A stretch of DNA of 35,850 nt from Acidimicrobiia bacterium (GTDB lineage Bacteria; Actinomycetota; Acidimicrobiia; Spongiisociales; ZC4RG35). The notes below the pieces were generated by a model. It was not told where the DNA came from. It did no database searches and was given only the letters and a program-made list of their open reading frames with translations. The DNA is taken from contig JAZFTT010000234.1 of assembly GCA_036446835.1 (NCBI GenBank), forward strand, positions 1-35,850. Reading direction: 5' to 3'. Both the position numbers and the translations under genes were made by a program. This document shows positions 17,598 to 26,736 of the stretch, one piece after another. The stretch's first letter is position 1. Every line of letters begins with the position of its first letter.

Positions 17598-20500
17598 GTG
17601 CCCCCCAAGAAGACGACGTTCACCCGAGTCGAGCCCTCGGTTCGCTTCCCGGATCTCGAACAAGACATTCTCAGACTCTGGCGCGAAACCGACGCCTTCG
17701 CCGAGTCTGTGAGAAGACGCCCGGAGAGCAACGAGTACGTGTTCTACGACGGACCCCCTTTTCCGACAGGCAGCCCCCACTACGGGAACCTCCTTGCCGG
17801 AGTCATCAAAGACATGGTCCCCCGCTACTGGACGATGCGTGGATATCGGGTAGAGAGGCGTTTTGGTTGGGACACCCACGGGCTGCCAATCGAGATGGAA
17901 GTCGAGAAGCGGCTCGGCATTTCCGGTCCCACCGAGATCAACCAATACGGTGTAGCCCGCTTCAACGAAGCATGCCGATTCGAGGTGCAGACCAACACCG
18001 AAACGTGGGAAACGCTGACGGAACGCATCGGCCGGTGGGTCGACTTCGAGGACGCCTACACCACTATGGATCCCGAGTTCATGGAAACCGTGTGGTGGGT
18101 TTTCTCCCAGCTCTGGAACAAGGGTCTCGTCTACCGCGACTTCAAGGTCCTCCCCTACTCGTGGGGCGCCACCACTCCTCTCTCCAACTTCGAGGCCAAC
18201 CTCGACTACCGCGACACCGAAGACCCGTCTATCACGGTGCGTCTTCAAGTCCTCGACGGGAACGACAGAGTCCATACCGGCGACTATCTGTTGATCTGGA
18301 CGACAACGCCATGGACCCTTCCCGGCAATCTCGCAATAGCCGTCGGTCTGGACCATGACTACGTCCGGGTCTCTCACGAAGGTGACCACTACTGGATCGC
18401 CGCCGAGAGAGCGTCATCAGAATTTGGCGAAGAGGCTCACATCGTGGGCACCTCACTTGGTCGGGATCTCCTCGGGATCTCATACGACCCACCTTTCGAC
18501 TATTTCGGTGAGGAACGTGACAGGGGCGCTTTCCGCATAATCGAATCGGACGATGTCACTGTTGACGAGGGGACCGGCCTGGTTCACATGGCGCCGGCAT
18601 ACGGCGAGGCCGACTTCCTGGCTCTCCAGAACGCCGGACTCAACAACCTCGTCGATCCGGTCGATCCCGAAGGGAGGTTCGACAACGACGTGCCGGATGT
18701 GGCCGGTCAGAACATCAAGGAAGCAGACTCCACCCTGATCCGACTCCTCGAAGAATCCAACAAGCTCGTCAGGTCCGAGCGCATCACTCACTCCTATCCG
18801 TTCTGCTATCGGACCGGCACTCCTCTCATCTACAAGGCGATTCCGACCTGGTTCGTCGCTGTAGAGCAATTCCGGGACCGCATGGTGGAATTGAACGACA
18901 CGATCCATTGGGTTCCCGACCATGTCGGAAGTCGCCGTTTCGGGAACTGGTTGTCCGGCGCCAGGGACTGGGCAATCAGCCGCAACAGGTACTGGGGCTC
19001 TTGCATCCCGATCTGGGAATGCGACGGTTGTGACGAACAAGTGGCAGTGGGATCTCTCGACGAGTTGGAGAGCCTTTCGGGTGAACGCCCCGGTGACCTC
19101 CACAAGCACATCCTCGATGAGATCCATTGGGACTGCGCAACCTGTGACGGTGTGATGACCCGGGTGCCCGAGGTCCTCGACTGCTGGTTCGAGTCCGGCT
19201 CGATGCCTTACGGAAAGCTTCATTACCCGTTCGAGAACAAGGAGCGCTTCGAGGCCACTTTTCCCGCTCAGTTCATCGCAGAAGGCCTCGACCAGACCAG
19301 AGGTTGGTTCTACACCCTGATCGTCCTGTCAACTGCTCTCTTCGATCGACCGGCGTTCGAAAACTGCGTCGTCAACGGAATGATTCTCGCTGAGGACGGC
19401 CGCAAGATGTCGAAGAGCTTGAAGAACTACGCCGATCCTTCCGAGATCCTCGACGAGCTGGGCGCCGATGCTCTGAGGGCGTTCTTGATCAACTCGCCCG
19501 TTCTCCGAGCCGAACCCCTCCGGTTTTCCAAAGACGGTGTTGCCGGAGTGGTGCGAACCGTTCTCCTCCCGATGTGGAACACCTACAGCTTCTTCACCAC
19601 CTACGCAGAAGCAGACGGGATAACCATCGAGGATCTGATGTCGGCCCCACCGGCCGAGGACAGACCCGAGATGGACCGCTGGATACTTTCCGTGCTCCAG
19701 AGCCTCATCGAGGAGGTGAACACCCAGATGGAGGGCTATTACCTCTACAACGTGGTGCCACCGACACTCGGTCTCATCGATCATCTCACCAACTGGTATG
19801 TGCGCCGGTCCCGCCGTCGTTTCTGGCGCTCCCGGGGCGAGAGTGGGGAGGGTGACGCCGACAAGCTCGCCGCCTTCGCCACCCTTTACGAGGTGCTCAC
19901 CACGTTCAGCGAGGTTCTCGCTCCTGTTCTGCCATTTATCACGGAGCACATCTATCAGGACCTGGTGGCCCGTCACCACTCTGACGCCCCGTCGAGCGTT
20001 CATCACCGGGACTTCCCCATGGCTGATGAATCACTCATCGATCGAGAGCTGGAAACAGCAATGGCCCATGTGCGGGAGGTCGTGCGGCTCGGACGCAATC
20101 TGCGAAAGAAGGAAGGCCATCGGGTTCGCCAGCCACTATCACAACTCACCGTCCTGACCCGCGACCCCACCGTTGCCGGTGCCGTCGAAGCCCATGTCTC
20201 GGTGATAGCCGACGAGCTCAATGTGAAACAAGTAACAGTCAGTTCAGACGATGCCGCCTTCGTCCGCCTCTCGGCCAAAGCGAACTACCGCAAGCTAGGC
20301 CCGGTTCTCGGCTCCGAAATGACTGATGCGGCCACGGCGATCGCCGAACTCTCGGGAGACCAGATCGAAGACCTTCTCGACGGAGGATCAATCGAGCTCG
20401 CCGGTCTGGAGATCACCCTCGACGACATTTTCGTCGAGCGAACTCCGGTCCCCGGGACCAGCGTCGAATCCGGCCCGGAATTCGCATGCGCGCTGGACAC

Positions 20501-20789
20501 GACCATCACCAGAGACCTCAAACTCGAGGGGCTGGCTCGTGAGATCGTGAGCAAAGTCCAGAACATGCGTCGCGAGACGGGTCTACAGGTTTCTGATCGC
20601 ATCCTTTTGACCTGGCAGACAACCGACGGCGATGTTGTGGCGGCCCTCGATCAATATGGCGACCACATCACAAGTGAGGTTCTGGCCACCGAATTAGCGA
20701 GAGACAGGGACCTCGAGGCACCTGATATCGAGATCGACGGTTACACCATTCGTCTGGAGATAATCAGCGACGCGGGTGGTCGCGAATAA
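17598..20789 (+). CDS. ileS: Isoleucine--tRNA ligase, type 2 (IleRS2)
   Basis: FYDGPPF, HIGH-like HYGN, GWDTHGLP, WTTTPWTLP, GTGLVH, DWAISRNRYWG, EGLDQTRGWF, KMSKS; long C-terminal extension without the type-1 zinc finger; SD GGAG. Confidence 0.97.
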   Translation: MPPKKTTFTRVEPSVRFPDLEQDILRLWRETDAFAESVRRRPESNEYVFYDGPPFPTGSPHYGNLLAGVIKDMVPRYWTMRGYRVERRFGWDTHGLPIEMEVEKRLGISGPTEINQYGVARFNEACRFEVQTNTETWETLTERIGRWVDFEDAYTTMDPEFMETVWWVFSQLWNKGLVYRDFKVLPYSWGATTPLSNFEANLDYRDTEDPSITVRLQVLDGNDRVHTGDYLLIWTTTPWTLPGNLAIAVGLDHDYVRVSHEGDHYWIAAERASSEFGEEAHIVGTSLGRDLLGISYDPPFDYFGEERDRGAFRIIESDDVTVDEGTGLVHMAPAYGEADFLALQNAGLNNLVDPVDPEGRFDNDVPDVAGQNIKEADSTLIRLLEESNKLVRSERITHSYPFCYRTGTPLIYKAIPTWFVAVEQFRDRMVELNDTIHWVPDHVGSRRFGNWLSGARDWAISRNRYWGSCIPIWECDGCDEQVAVGSLDELESLSGERPGDLHKHILDEIHWDCATCDGVMTRVPEVLDCWFESGSMPYGKLHYPFENKERFEATFPAQFIAEGLDQTRGWFYTLIVLSTALFDRPAFENCVVNGMILAEDGRKMSKSLKNYADPSEILDELGADALRAFLINSPVLRAEPLRFSKDGVAGVVRTVLLPMWNTYSFFTTYAEADGITIEDLMSAPPAEDRPEMDRWILSVLQSLIEEVNTQMEGYYLYNVVPPTLGLIDHLTNWYVRRSRRRFWRSRGESGEGDADKLAAFATLYEVLTTFSEVLAPVLPFITEHIYQDLVARHHSDAPSSVHHRDFPMADESLIDRELETAMAHVREVVRLGRNLRKKEGHRVRQPLSQLTVLTRDPTVAGAVEAHVSVIADELNVKQVTVSSDDAAFVRLSAKANYRKLGPVLGSEMTDAATAIAELSGDQIEDLLDGGSIELAGLEITLDDIFVERTPVPGTSVESGPEFACALDTTITRDLKLEGLAREIVSKVQNMRRETGLQVSDRILLTWQTTDGDVVAALDQYGDHITSEVLATELARDRDLEAPDIEIDGYTIRLEIISDAGGRE

Positions 20790-21081
20790 GAGCAGCTCTG
20801 AACGGATGAAGACTGGCGCCAAAAAGACCCTCGGTCAGGAACGGATCTTCCTCCATGAATCGGCGGGCGTCCTCTTCACTGTCCGCCTCGAGAACAACCA
20901 CCGAAGGCCCGATACCGTCGAGACTTCGACCAGCGAGAATGACGATTCCATCCTCCGTTGCCTGCGCAAGACGCTGATAGTGCTCGTCGCTAGCTCTCTC
21001 GTCCTTTTCTGACCAGGCGTCGGGATCTGTTAATAACTCGGGTCGGTCTCCGGGCAGAAACTGGTATATGAACTCAGGCAC
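20764..21081 (-). CDS. YciI-family protein
   Basis: 105 aa; H..RL...G...LAG, V.EADSEEDARRF.E.DPF pattern. Confidence 0.8.
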   Translation of the reverse strand: MPEFIYQFLPGDRPELLTDPDAWSEKDERASDEHYQRLAQATEDGIVILAGRSLDGIGPSVVVLEADSEEDARRFMEEDPFLTEGLFGASLHPFRAALIRDHPRR

Positions 21082-21083
21082 AG

Positions 21084-21713
21084 TCAGTCCCGGCGGTAGT
21101 TCTCCGCGGAGGAAGACTCGCCCGCAGAGTCGTCACCGGGCTCGGTGTCCTCGTCGTCTCCCTCCTCCTCGCCGGAGTCATCGTCAGCCGCATGAGAGCC
21201 GGTTGCTTCTGAGGAGTCCTCTTCGAGATCCTCGGAGTCGTCGAGATCCTGATCGGCCGTCTCGTGGCCACCGATAGCTTCGTCCATCTCATCCAGACGG
21301 TCGGCGACCTCAGTTGCCAGCACTGCGAGTTGATTGCGGACACTCCCGACATGGCGATCGAGATCGGCCATCTCCTCTTCGGCGGCCGCCCTCTTGGCGT
21401 CACGCTCGTCCGTCCACGAGTCGGCCTCGGATCGGGCATCTGCGAGGATCTGATCTGCCTCTGTGCGGGCACCCTCAATCATGGTGTCGGCCGCGGCCTG
21501 GGCAGTCATGAGGACGCGACCGATGACGCTCTCGTCTTCAATAGGCGTCGGGGCGGCCGATGGCTTGGCTGCCTTCGCTTCGGCGATTTGATCTTGAAGG
21601 TCACGAATCGTCGAAATGACGTCGTCGAGAAAGTCGTCAACCTCATCGAGGTCATAACCTCGAAGGGCTGTCGAGAAGGTCTTCTGCTCCACATCGGAGG
21701 GTGTCATCACCAT
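21084..21713 (-). CDS. divIVA: DivIVA/Wag31-domain protein
   Basis: MTPSDVEQKTFSTALRGYDLDEVDDFLD N-terminal domain, coiled coils, acidic tail; start trimmed to ATG 21713 (or 21707). Confidence 0.92.
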   Translation of the reverse strand: MVMTPSDVEQKTFSTALRGYDLDEVDDFLDDVISTIRDLQDQIAEAKAAKPSAAPTPIEDESVIGRVLMTAQAAADTMIEGARTEADQILADARSEADSWTDERDAKRAAAEEEMADLDRHVGSVRNQLAVLATEVADRLDEMDEAIGGHETADQDLDDSEDLEEDSSEATGSHAADDDSGEEEGDDEDTEPGDDSAGESSSAENYRRD

Positions 21714-21772
21714 TTTCCAAAGCCTTTCGCTCGGGGAACCAGGATAAGAACCGGAAATCTTAGTTCCAAGGA

Positions 21773-22033
21773 TCAGACCAACCGGCGGAGAAAGGAGAGC
21801 CCGATCAGAAGGATGATCGGCGACAGGTCGAGCGCCCCTCCGCCAATCCGAATCGGCGGAATCAGACGCCGTATCGGCAGTATCACCGGATAGATGATCC
21901 GATCGAGAAAGGTCTGGAGCCGGCCTACGGCATGCGCGGATGAGGCGGGTATCCATGACAGGATCACCCAGAGAAACACCGCGTAGAAATACAGAGTGAG
22001 AGCAAAGTCGATGATCTCCCGAATGAAGCTCAC
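21773..22033 (-). CDS. yggT: YggT/YlmG (SepG)-family membrane protein
   Basis: VILSW, P...PIRRLIPP.RIGG..LDLSP; position between sepF and divIVA. Confidence 0.93.
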   Translation of the reverse strand: MSFIREIIDFALTLYFYAVFLWVILSWIPASSAHAVGRLQTFLDRIIYPVILPIRRLIPPIRIGGGALDLSPIILLIGLSFLRRLV

Positions 22034-22036
22034 CGA

Positions 22037-22552
22037 TCAGTCGACATCGTCGAGCTCGTAAGCCCCCAGAGAAGCCAGACGTCGTTTTTCGTCTCGGCTC
22101 AGGGTCACCCGCGGCGGCAAAACCGCAACCAGACCATCCCCAACCCTCCGCATCGATCCATCGAGGGCATAGATCAGGCCGGAGGAAAAGTCGACAACCC
22201 GTCTGACGAGATCCTGATCGACCTGTCTCATGTCGAGCACGACCGGTGTGCGTTCACGAATTCTGTCGGCCAAAACCCGGGCATCGGCAAACTCCTCGAC
22301 GACCAGGATGTCCGACTGGATCTCGACGTGGCGAACCAAGGGACCACCGGCGACGGCAGACTCCGACCTGCCTTGCGGCCGCGTTGCTGCCCGCGACGTT
22401 GGTGGTGGTTCAACCCTCCGGCCCTCAGGAATCGACTCAACGCCATTTCGCCCGATGGCATTATCCGGCGTGGCGGCCATGACATCGACGTCGACCTCGT
22501 CCTCGTCGACGAGACCCAGATAGACAAGTGCTTTTGAGAACAGTGAGGACAT
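22037..22552 (-). CDS. sepF: Cell division protein SepF
   Basis: Amphipathic N-terminus MSSLFSKALVYLGL; C-domain FADA..LADRIR...PVVLDM...RRVVDFSSGL.YALDG. Confidence 0.94.
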   Translation of the reverse strand: MSSLFSKALVYLGLVDEDEVDVDVMAATPDNAIGRNGVESIPEGRRVEPPPTSRAATRPQGRSESAVAGGPLVRHVEIQSDILVVEEFADARVLADRIRERTPVVLDMRQVDQDLVRRVVDFSSGLIYALDGSMRRVGDGLVAVLPPRVTLSRDEKRRLASLGAYELDDVD

Positions 22553-22566
22553 CGATGTGGCTCCGG

Positions 22567-23220
22567 TCAATTACGAGGGCCAAAGATAGCCCGTCCTACT
22601 CGAATGATAGAAGCTCCCTCCTCAATGGCGACTTCGAAATCGTCGGTCATGCCCATGGAGAGCTCGACAACGGATGGATTCTGGACCGAGACACGATCTC
22701 GCAACTCCCTCAGCATCACAAAATACCGACGACTGGCCTCAGGCCGGTCGGGAATCGGTGGGATGGCCATGAGACCCCTGACATCGAGACCCAGACCACT
22801 CATCCACTCGACAAGCGAACCAGTTTCTTCGACTCCGGCGCCGAACTTCTGGCTCTCGTCCCCAACATTCACCTGAAGCAGAACCGGAGGAGGCACCCCC
22901 TGACCCTTGACCCATGCCAAGGCAAGGGAGCGGCGATCCATCGAATGGAGAAGATGGCTCATGGGCCGGACAACCCTGGTCTTGTTTGATTGGAGTGAGC
23001 CGACAAAATGCCAGCGGATATCGTCCGGAAGCAATGGCGCCTTCGTTGCCAGTTCCTGGGCGCGGTTCTCTCCGAAGTCGCGGTGACCTTGCCCGTAGAC
23101 ACTCATGATCTCCGTGACGGTCTTCGTTTTCGAAACAGCGACAACGGCGATCTCCCCGGGCTCGCGCCCCGATCGCGCCGCAGCATCCGATACCCGATTC
23201 ATCACCGACTGATAGCTCAC
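22567..23220 (-). CDS. yggS: PLP homeostasis protein YggS/YlmE
   Basis: VAVSKT (PLP lysine), FGENRAQE, WHFVG.LQSNK, GLMAIP, LSMGMTDDF..AIEEGA..IRVGRAIFG; GTG 23220 overlaps the pgeF stop. Confidence 0.95.
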   Translation of the reverse strand: MSYQSVMNRVSDAAARSGREPGEIAVVAVSKTKTVTEIMSVYGQGHRDFGENRAQELATKAPLLPDDIRWHFVGSLQSNKTRVVRPMSHLLHSMDRRSLALAWVKGQGVPPPVLLQVNVGDESQKFGAGVEETGSLVEWMSGLGLDVRGLMAIPPIPDRPEASRRYFVMLRELRDRVSVQNPSVVELSMGMTDDFEVAIEEGASIIRVGRAIFGPRN

Positions 23221-23843
23221 TGGTGAACCCACCCAACTGCTGCCAGACGATCGAGTTTGGCGTCCCTCCGGTGACTGAACCAACCGTCGTCGTGAAAGGT
23301 GCAGTCGTTGGAGACCCAGGTCTCGATTCCCTCGAGTTGGCGAAGAATCGAACCCGGGAGATCTACCGAGGTCGTGCGCCAGGTGGTAATCGCGCCGTCA
23401 TCAGGGAATTCACGCCTCACCTCGGCGCCCACTTCGAAGCAGCACGGTCCTATCCCGGGCCCAATGGAGGACCTGGTTGGAATGTGACCGTTTCGAACCA
23501 TCGCCGACCTCAGCTCGCCGACGACACCCGCCAGCGCGCCCCTCCATCCTACGTGAGCCACGCCGACCGCCCCCGGGGCGGTAATCACCACTGGAAAACA
23601 ATCTGCCGTGAAGACGGCCACCGGCAAGCCAGGCTCGGTTGTCCAGATTGCATCGGCGCTGCCGGCATCACCCGAGCCCGAGGCCCTCACCACGACCCTG
23701 CCATGAACTTGACGAACCGTGGCCCACGAATCCGAAACACCCATCCTCTCGCTGAGCGCGACTCGGGCGTCGATGTCGTTGCGGATGTCACCATCCGAGG
23801 CCTCACTGAAAGCTGCCCCGGACCACCGGGGCGGCACCATCAT
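23217..23843 (-). CDS. pgeF: PgeF/YfiH/YlmD family (peptidoglycan editing factor / purine nucleoside phosphorylase-like)
   Basis: [36 protein letters not shown]; directly after ftsZ. Confidence 0.92.
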   Translation of the reverse strand: MMVPPRWSGAAFSEASDGDIRNDIDARVALSERMGVSDSWATVRQVHGRVVVRASGSGDAGSADAIWTTEPGLPVAVFTADCFPVVITAPGAVGVAHVGWRGALAGVVGELRSAMVRNGHIPTRSSIGPGIGPCCFEVGAEVRREFPDDGAITTWRTTSVDLPGSILRQLEGIETWVSNDCTFHDDGWFSHRRDAKLDRLAAVGWVHQ

Positions 23844-24889
23844 CCCTGAACGAAACTCGGTATGTCGAGCATGTCATCTCCACTATCGACGGCGGACGAC
23901 ATCTGACTCGGTCTCGACGCCGCGGCCTTGTTCGGGCGGCGGCGGCCTTCGAACCCGGCGGCGATCACAGTGACCTTCATCTCCTCGGCGAGGTCATCGT
24001 CGATGATCGCCCCGAAGATGATGTCCGCCTCGGCGTCGGCATGATCTGCAACCACTCGAGCAGCCTCGGTTGCCTCGTGAAGGGTCATCGAGGACGGTCC
24101 CGAAACCGAGAGCAGAACGCCCTTGGCGCCGTCCATCGAATTCTCCAGCATCGGACTCGAGATGGCACGCTCAGCAGCCTGACTGGCCCGGTTCTCACCG
24201 GTGGCTCGACCGATGCCCATTACTGCCGAGCCGGCGTCGGACATGATGGTCCTCACATCGGCGAAATCGACGTTGATCAACCCTGGTGTGGTGATCAGGT
24301 CGGTGATACCGGTGACACCACTCATGAGGACCTCATCGGCGAGACGGAAGGTCTCCATTATCGGCGCCAGCGGGTCGCCCACGTCGAGAAGACGATCATT
24401 GGGGATGATGATGAGCGTATCGACGGCCTCCTTGAGTGCATCGATGCCCTGCTCGGCATAGACGGCACGGCGACGGCCCTCGAAGCCAAAGGGTCGGGTA
24501 ACGACACCGACGGTGAGGGCGCCCACCGATCGGGCAACCTCGGCGACGACCGGGGCGCCACCGGTCCCGGTTCCCCCTCCCTCGCCGGCTGTGATGAACA
24601 CCATGTCGGAGCCTTTGAGGGCGTCCTCCAACTCGGAGCGATGCTCCTCCGCCGCCGCCCGACCTATCTCGGGGTTTGCCCCCGCACCAAGACCGCGAGT
24701 CACGTCGCGTCCTATGTCCAGTTTCACGTCTGCATCACTCATCAGCAGTGCCTGGGCATCTGTGTTCAGTGCGATGAACTCCACACCGCGAACACCGGCC
24801 TCAACCATCCGGTTGACGGCGTTGACCCCACCGCCGCCTATGCCAACGACTTTGATGACGGCCAGATAACCGCCACTTGTATTGCTCAT
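23840..24889 (-). CDS. ftsZ: Cell division protein FtsZ
   Basis: [17 protein letters not shown], tubulin motif GGGTGTG, INVDFAD, C-terminal LDIPSF; GGAGG SD supports ATG 24889. Confidence 0.99.
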   Translation of the reverse strand: MSNTSGGYLAVIKVVGIGGGGVNAVNRMVEAGVRGVEFIALNTDAQALLMSDADVKLDIGRDVTRGLGAGANPEIGRAAAEEHRSELEDALKGSDMVFITAGEGGGTGTGGAPVVAEVARSVGALTVGVVTRPFGFEGRRRAVYAEQGIDALKEAVDTLIIIPNDRLLDVGDPLAPIMETFRLADEVLMSGVTGITDLITTPGLINVDFADVRTIMSDAGSAVMGIGRATGENRASQAAERAISSPMLENSMDGAKGVLLSVSGPSSMTLHEATEAARVVADHADAEADIIFGAIIDDDLAEEMKVTVIAAGFEGRRRPNKAAASRPSQMSSAVDSGDDMLDIPSFVQG

Positions 24890-24919
24890 CGGTACTACCT
24901 CCATTTAGCCAAAGATTTG

Positions 24920-24999
24920 AACTCTGAAGTAGAGGTTTACCGTTAGACCGGCGCTAAGTAAACCCCCAATGCTTAAGGTTTTACTACAACCTTAAGGTT
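24920..24999. promoter_or_regulatory. AT-rich ftsQ-ftsZ intergenic region with three AAC...GTT inverted repeats (candidate regulator sites)
   Basis: AACTCTGAAGTAGAGGTT (24920-24937); AGTAAACC...GGTTTTACT (24957-24985); perfect AACCTTAAGGTT (24988-24999); CTTAAGGTT occurs twice. Confidence 0.55.
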
Positions 25000-25840
25000 C
25001 GGTGGTTTCGGTGGCCGGGTCACCCGAGTCCGACTGTTTCGCCTCGGCGCTCCCCTCACCGTCCAGATCCTCAGCTCCTTCTGGTGGGACGACCGGGAGG
25101 GCACCGGGTGGCTGAACCGCAGGATGTGTCGGTGCGATGAGAACCAGAATCGAATCCTCGGCTAGTGGCTCCTGGAGAAGAACGAAGAGACTCCTGGCTT
25201 TGGCAGCCATCTCGACCGGACGACCGAGACGAACCTGATAACCATCGACGATAGCCCACCATTCGCCATCTTCGACACGCATGGTCAAGTCGTGGTGCGC
25301 CGAGTCAGGGAGACTCGCCACGAACTCCGCCGCCCCACGGACGAAGAGTGAGCTCGCGGTATCGATGTCGTCGAGCCACGGCAGTCGGATCCAGGGCATG
25401 GTGTCGTCCGGTGAGCTTGGCCCCGGTACGGCAACCCCTTCGATGTCACGCCTGGCCCACCCACCGGCGGTTTGGAACCATGCGACAGGGACCCGTTCGT
25501 CGACACGGACGATCACCTCATCGGGCCATTGACGATGAACGCGGGCACTTCGAATCCACGGGTCCGACTCCAATGCCTGTTCCACCGCTCCAGGTTGCAG
25601 CATGATCATCGGCGTTCCTGCAACGACCCGATTCGCTGCCAGCGTCTCGTTGGCATGACTGGCGACGATCCCGACTGTTCGCACCTGACTGACGCTCAGC
25701 CAGGGCGAAAAGGCAAGCCAAACGAGACTCCCCAAGATGATCATCACCACCATGAACTTGAGCAGTCGTCCCACGTTGCGCTGAGCGGAGTCTTCGGCAA
25801 CGGCCTTGCGGCGTTCGAGAAGTCTCGGGTCCATCGTCAC
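24992..25840 (-). CDS. ftsQ: Cell division protein FtsQ/DivIB
   Basis: Basic N-terminus, single TM, FSPWLSV..V...G POTRA domain with PWI.SARV.RQWPD.V.V.V.ER.P; position before ftsZ. Confidence 0.9.
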   Translation of the reverse strand: MTMDPRLLERRKAVAEDSAQRNVGRLLKFMVVMIILGSLVWLAFSPWLSVSQVRTVGIVASHANETLAANRVVAGTPMIMLQPGAVEQALESDPWIRSARVHRQWPDEVIVRVDERVPVAWFQTAGGWARRDIEGVAVPGPSSPDDTMPWIRLPWLDDIDTASSLFVRGAAEFVASLPDSAHHDLTMRVEDGEWWAIVDGYQVRLGRPVEMAAKARSLFVLLQEPLAEDSILVLIAPTHPAVQPPGALPVVPPEGAEDLDGEGSAEAKQSDSGDPATETTEP

Positions 25841-26736
25841 TCCCTGAATCCCACGAATTGAATCTCCGGCTCCAGCATGGTGCCGCTGAGCTCGAAAACC
25901 CGGTCTTTGATCTCCTCGACGAGCACCCGCACATCCTCAGAGGTTGCTTCCGGGCCGGCAACGAAGAAATTGGCGTGTTTGTCGGATACCGCCACATCAC
26001 CGACACGGTGGCCCTTGAGGCCCAAAGAGTCGATCAGCTCCCCCGCCGAGATGTCAGATGGGTTCTTGAAGACGCTCCCTGCGTTGAGGGTCCCACCCGG
26101 TTGGTTGTCGCGTCGCCATCGTGTGATCTCACGAATCTTTCGACTGCCTTCCACAGCATCACCTCGATCTGTCTCGAATCCGGCATCAATGACCAGATCA
26201 TCCGGCCCCAGATTGGAGTGGCGGTATGACAACTCGAGGACGTCGGGACCGTCGGCACGGATCGTGCCGGTCCTCAGGTTGATTATCCGTGCCTCGACGA
26301 GCCGATCCCTGGTCTCGGAACCAAAACACCCGGCGTTCTGTCTGATCGCACCCCCGACCGAACCGGGGATGCCGACAAAGAACTCCAGGCCCCGGAGCCC
26401 CTGATCGACACAAGTCCGGGCCAGCCTGGGGAGCGGAACAGCCGAGCCTGCTGTGACTGTGGTTCCTTCGATGCGGGTTTCGGCAAAACCACCGCTGAGG
26501 TGTATTACCAGACCTCCAAAGCCGGCATCGGCAACCACCAGGTTGGACCCCCTACCCAACACCAGAAGTGGATGACTCGCCGTGACACCTGACGCTATCA
26601 ACTCCAGCAGCAACTCAATGTCGTCGATCTCCGCGAGATAACGGGCAGGCCCACCTGACTTGTAGGTGGTCAAAGGCCCCAATGGCACGTTCTCTGCCAC
26701 TTTGCCCTGCTCGATCAGATGCTCCAGCGGCGTCAT
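25837..26736 (-). CDS. murB: UDP-N-acetylenolpyruvoylglucosamine reductase
   Basis: TTYKSGGPA, LGRGSNLVV.D, GIPGSVGGA..QNAG, NAGSVFKNP, KHANF, LEPEI. Confidence 0.97.
   Translation of the reverse strand: MTPLEHLIEQGKVAENVPLGPLTTYKSGGPARYLAEIDDIELLLELIASGVTASHPLLVLGRGSNLVVADAGFGGLVIHLSGGFAETRIEGTTVTAGSAVPLPRLARTCVDQGLRGLEFFVGIPGSVGGAIRQNAGCFGSETRDRLVEARIINLRTGTIRADGPDVLELSYRHSNLGPDDLVIDAGFETDRGDAVEGSRKIREITRWRRDNQPGGTLNAGSVFKNPSDISAGELIDSLGLKGHRVGDVAVSDKHANFFVAGPEATSEDVRVLVEEIKDRVFELSGTMLEPEIQFVGFRE

Noticed and set aside
23840-25840. Absence of ftsA between ftsQ and ftsZ
   Set aside because: Normal for Actinomycetota, which use SepF as the FtsZ anchor.
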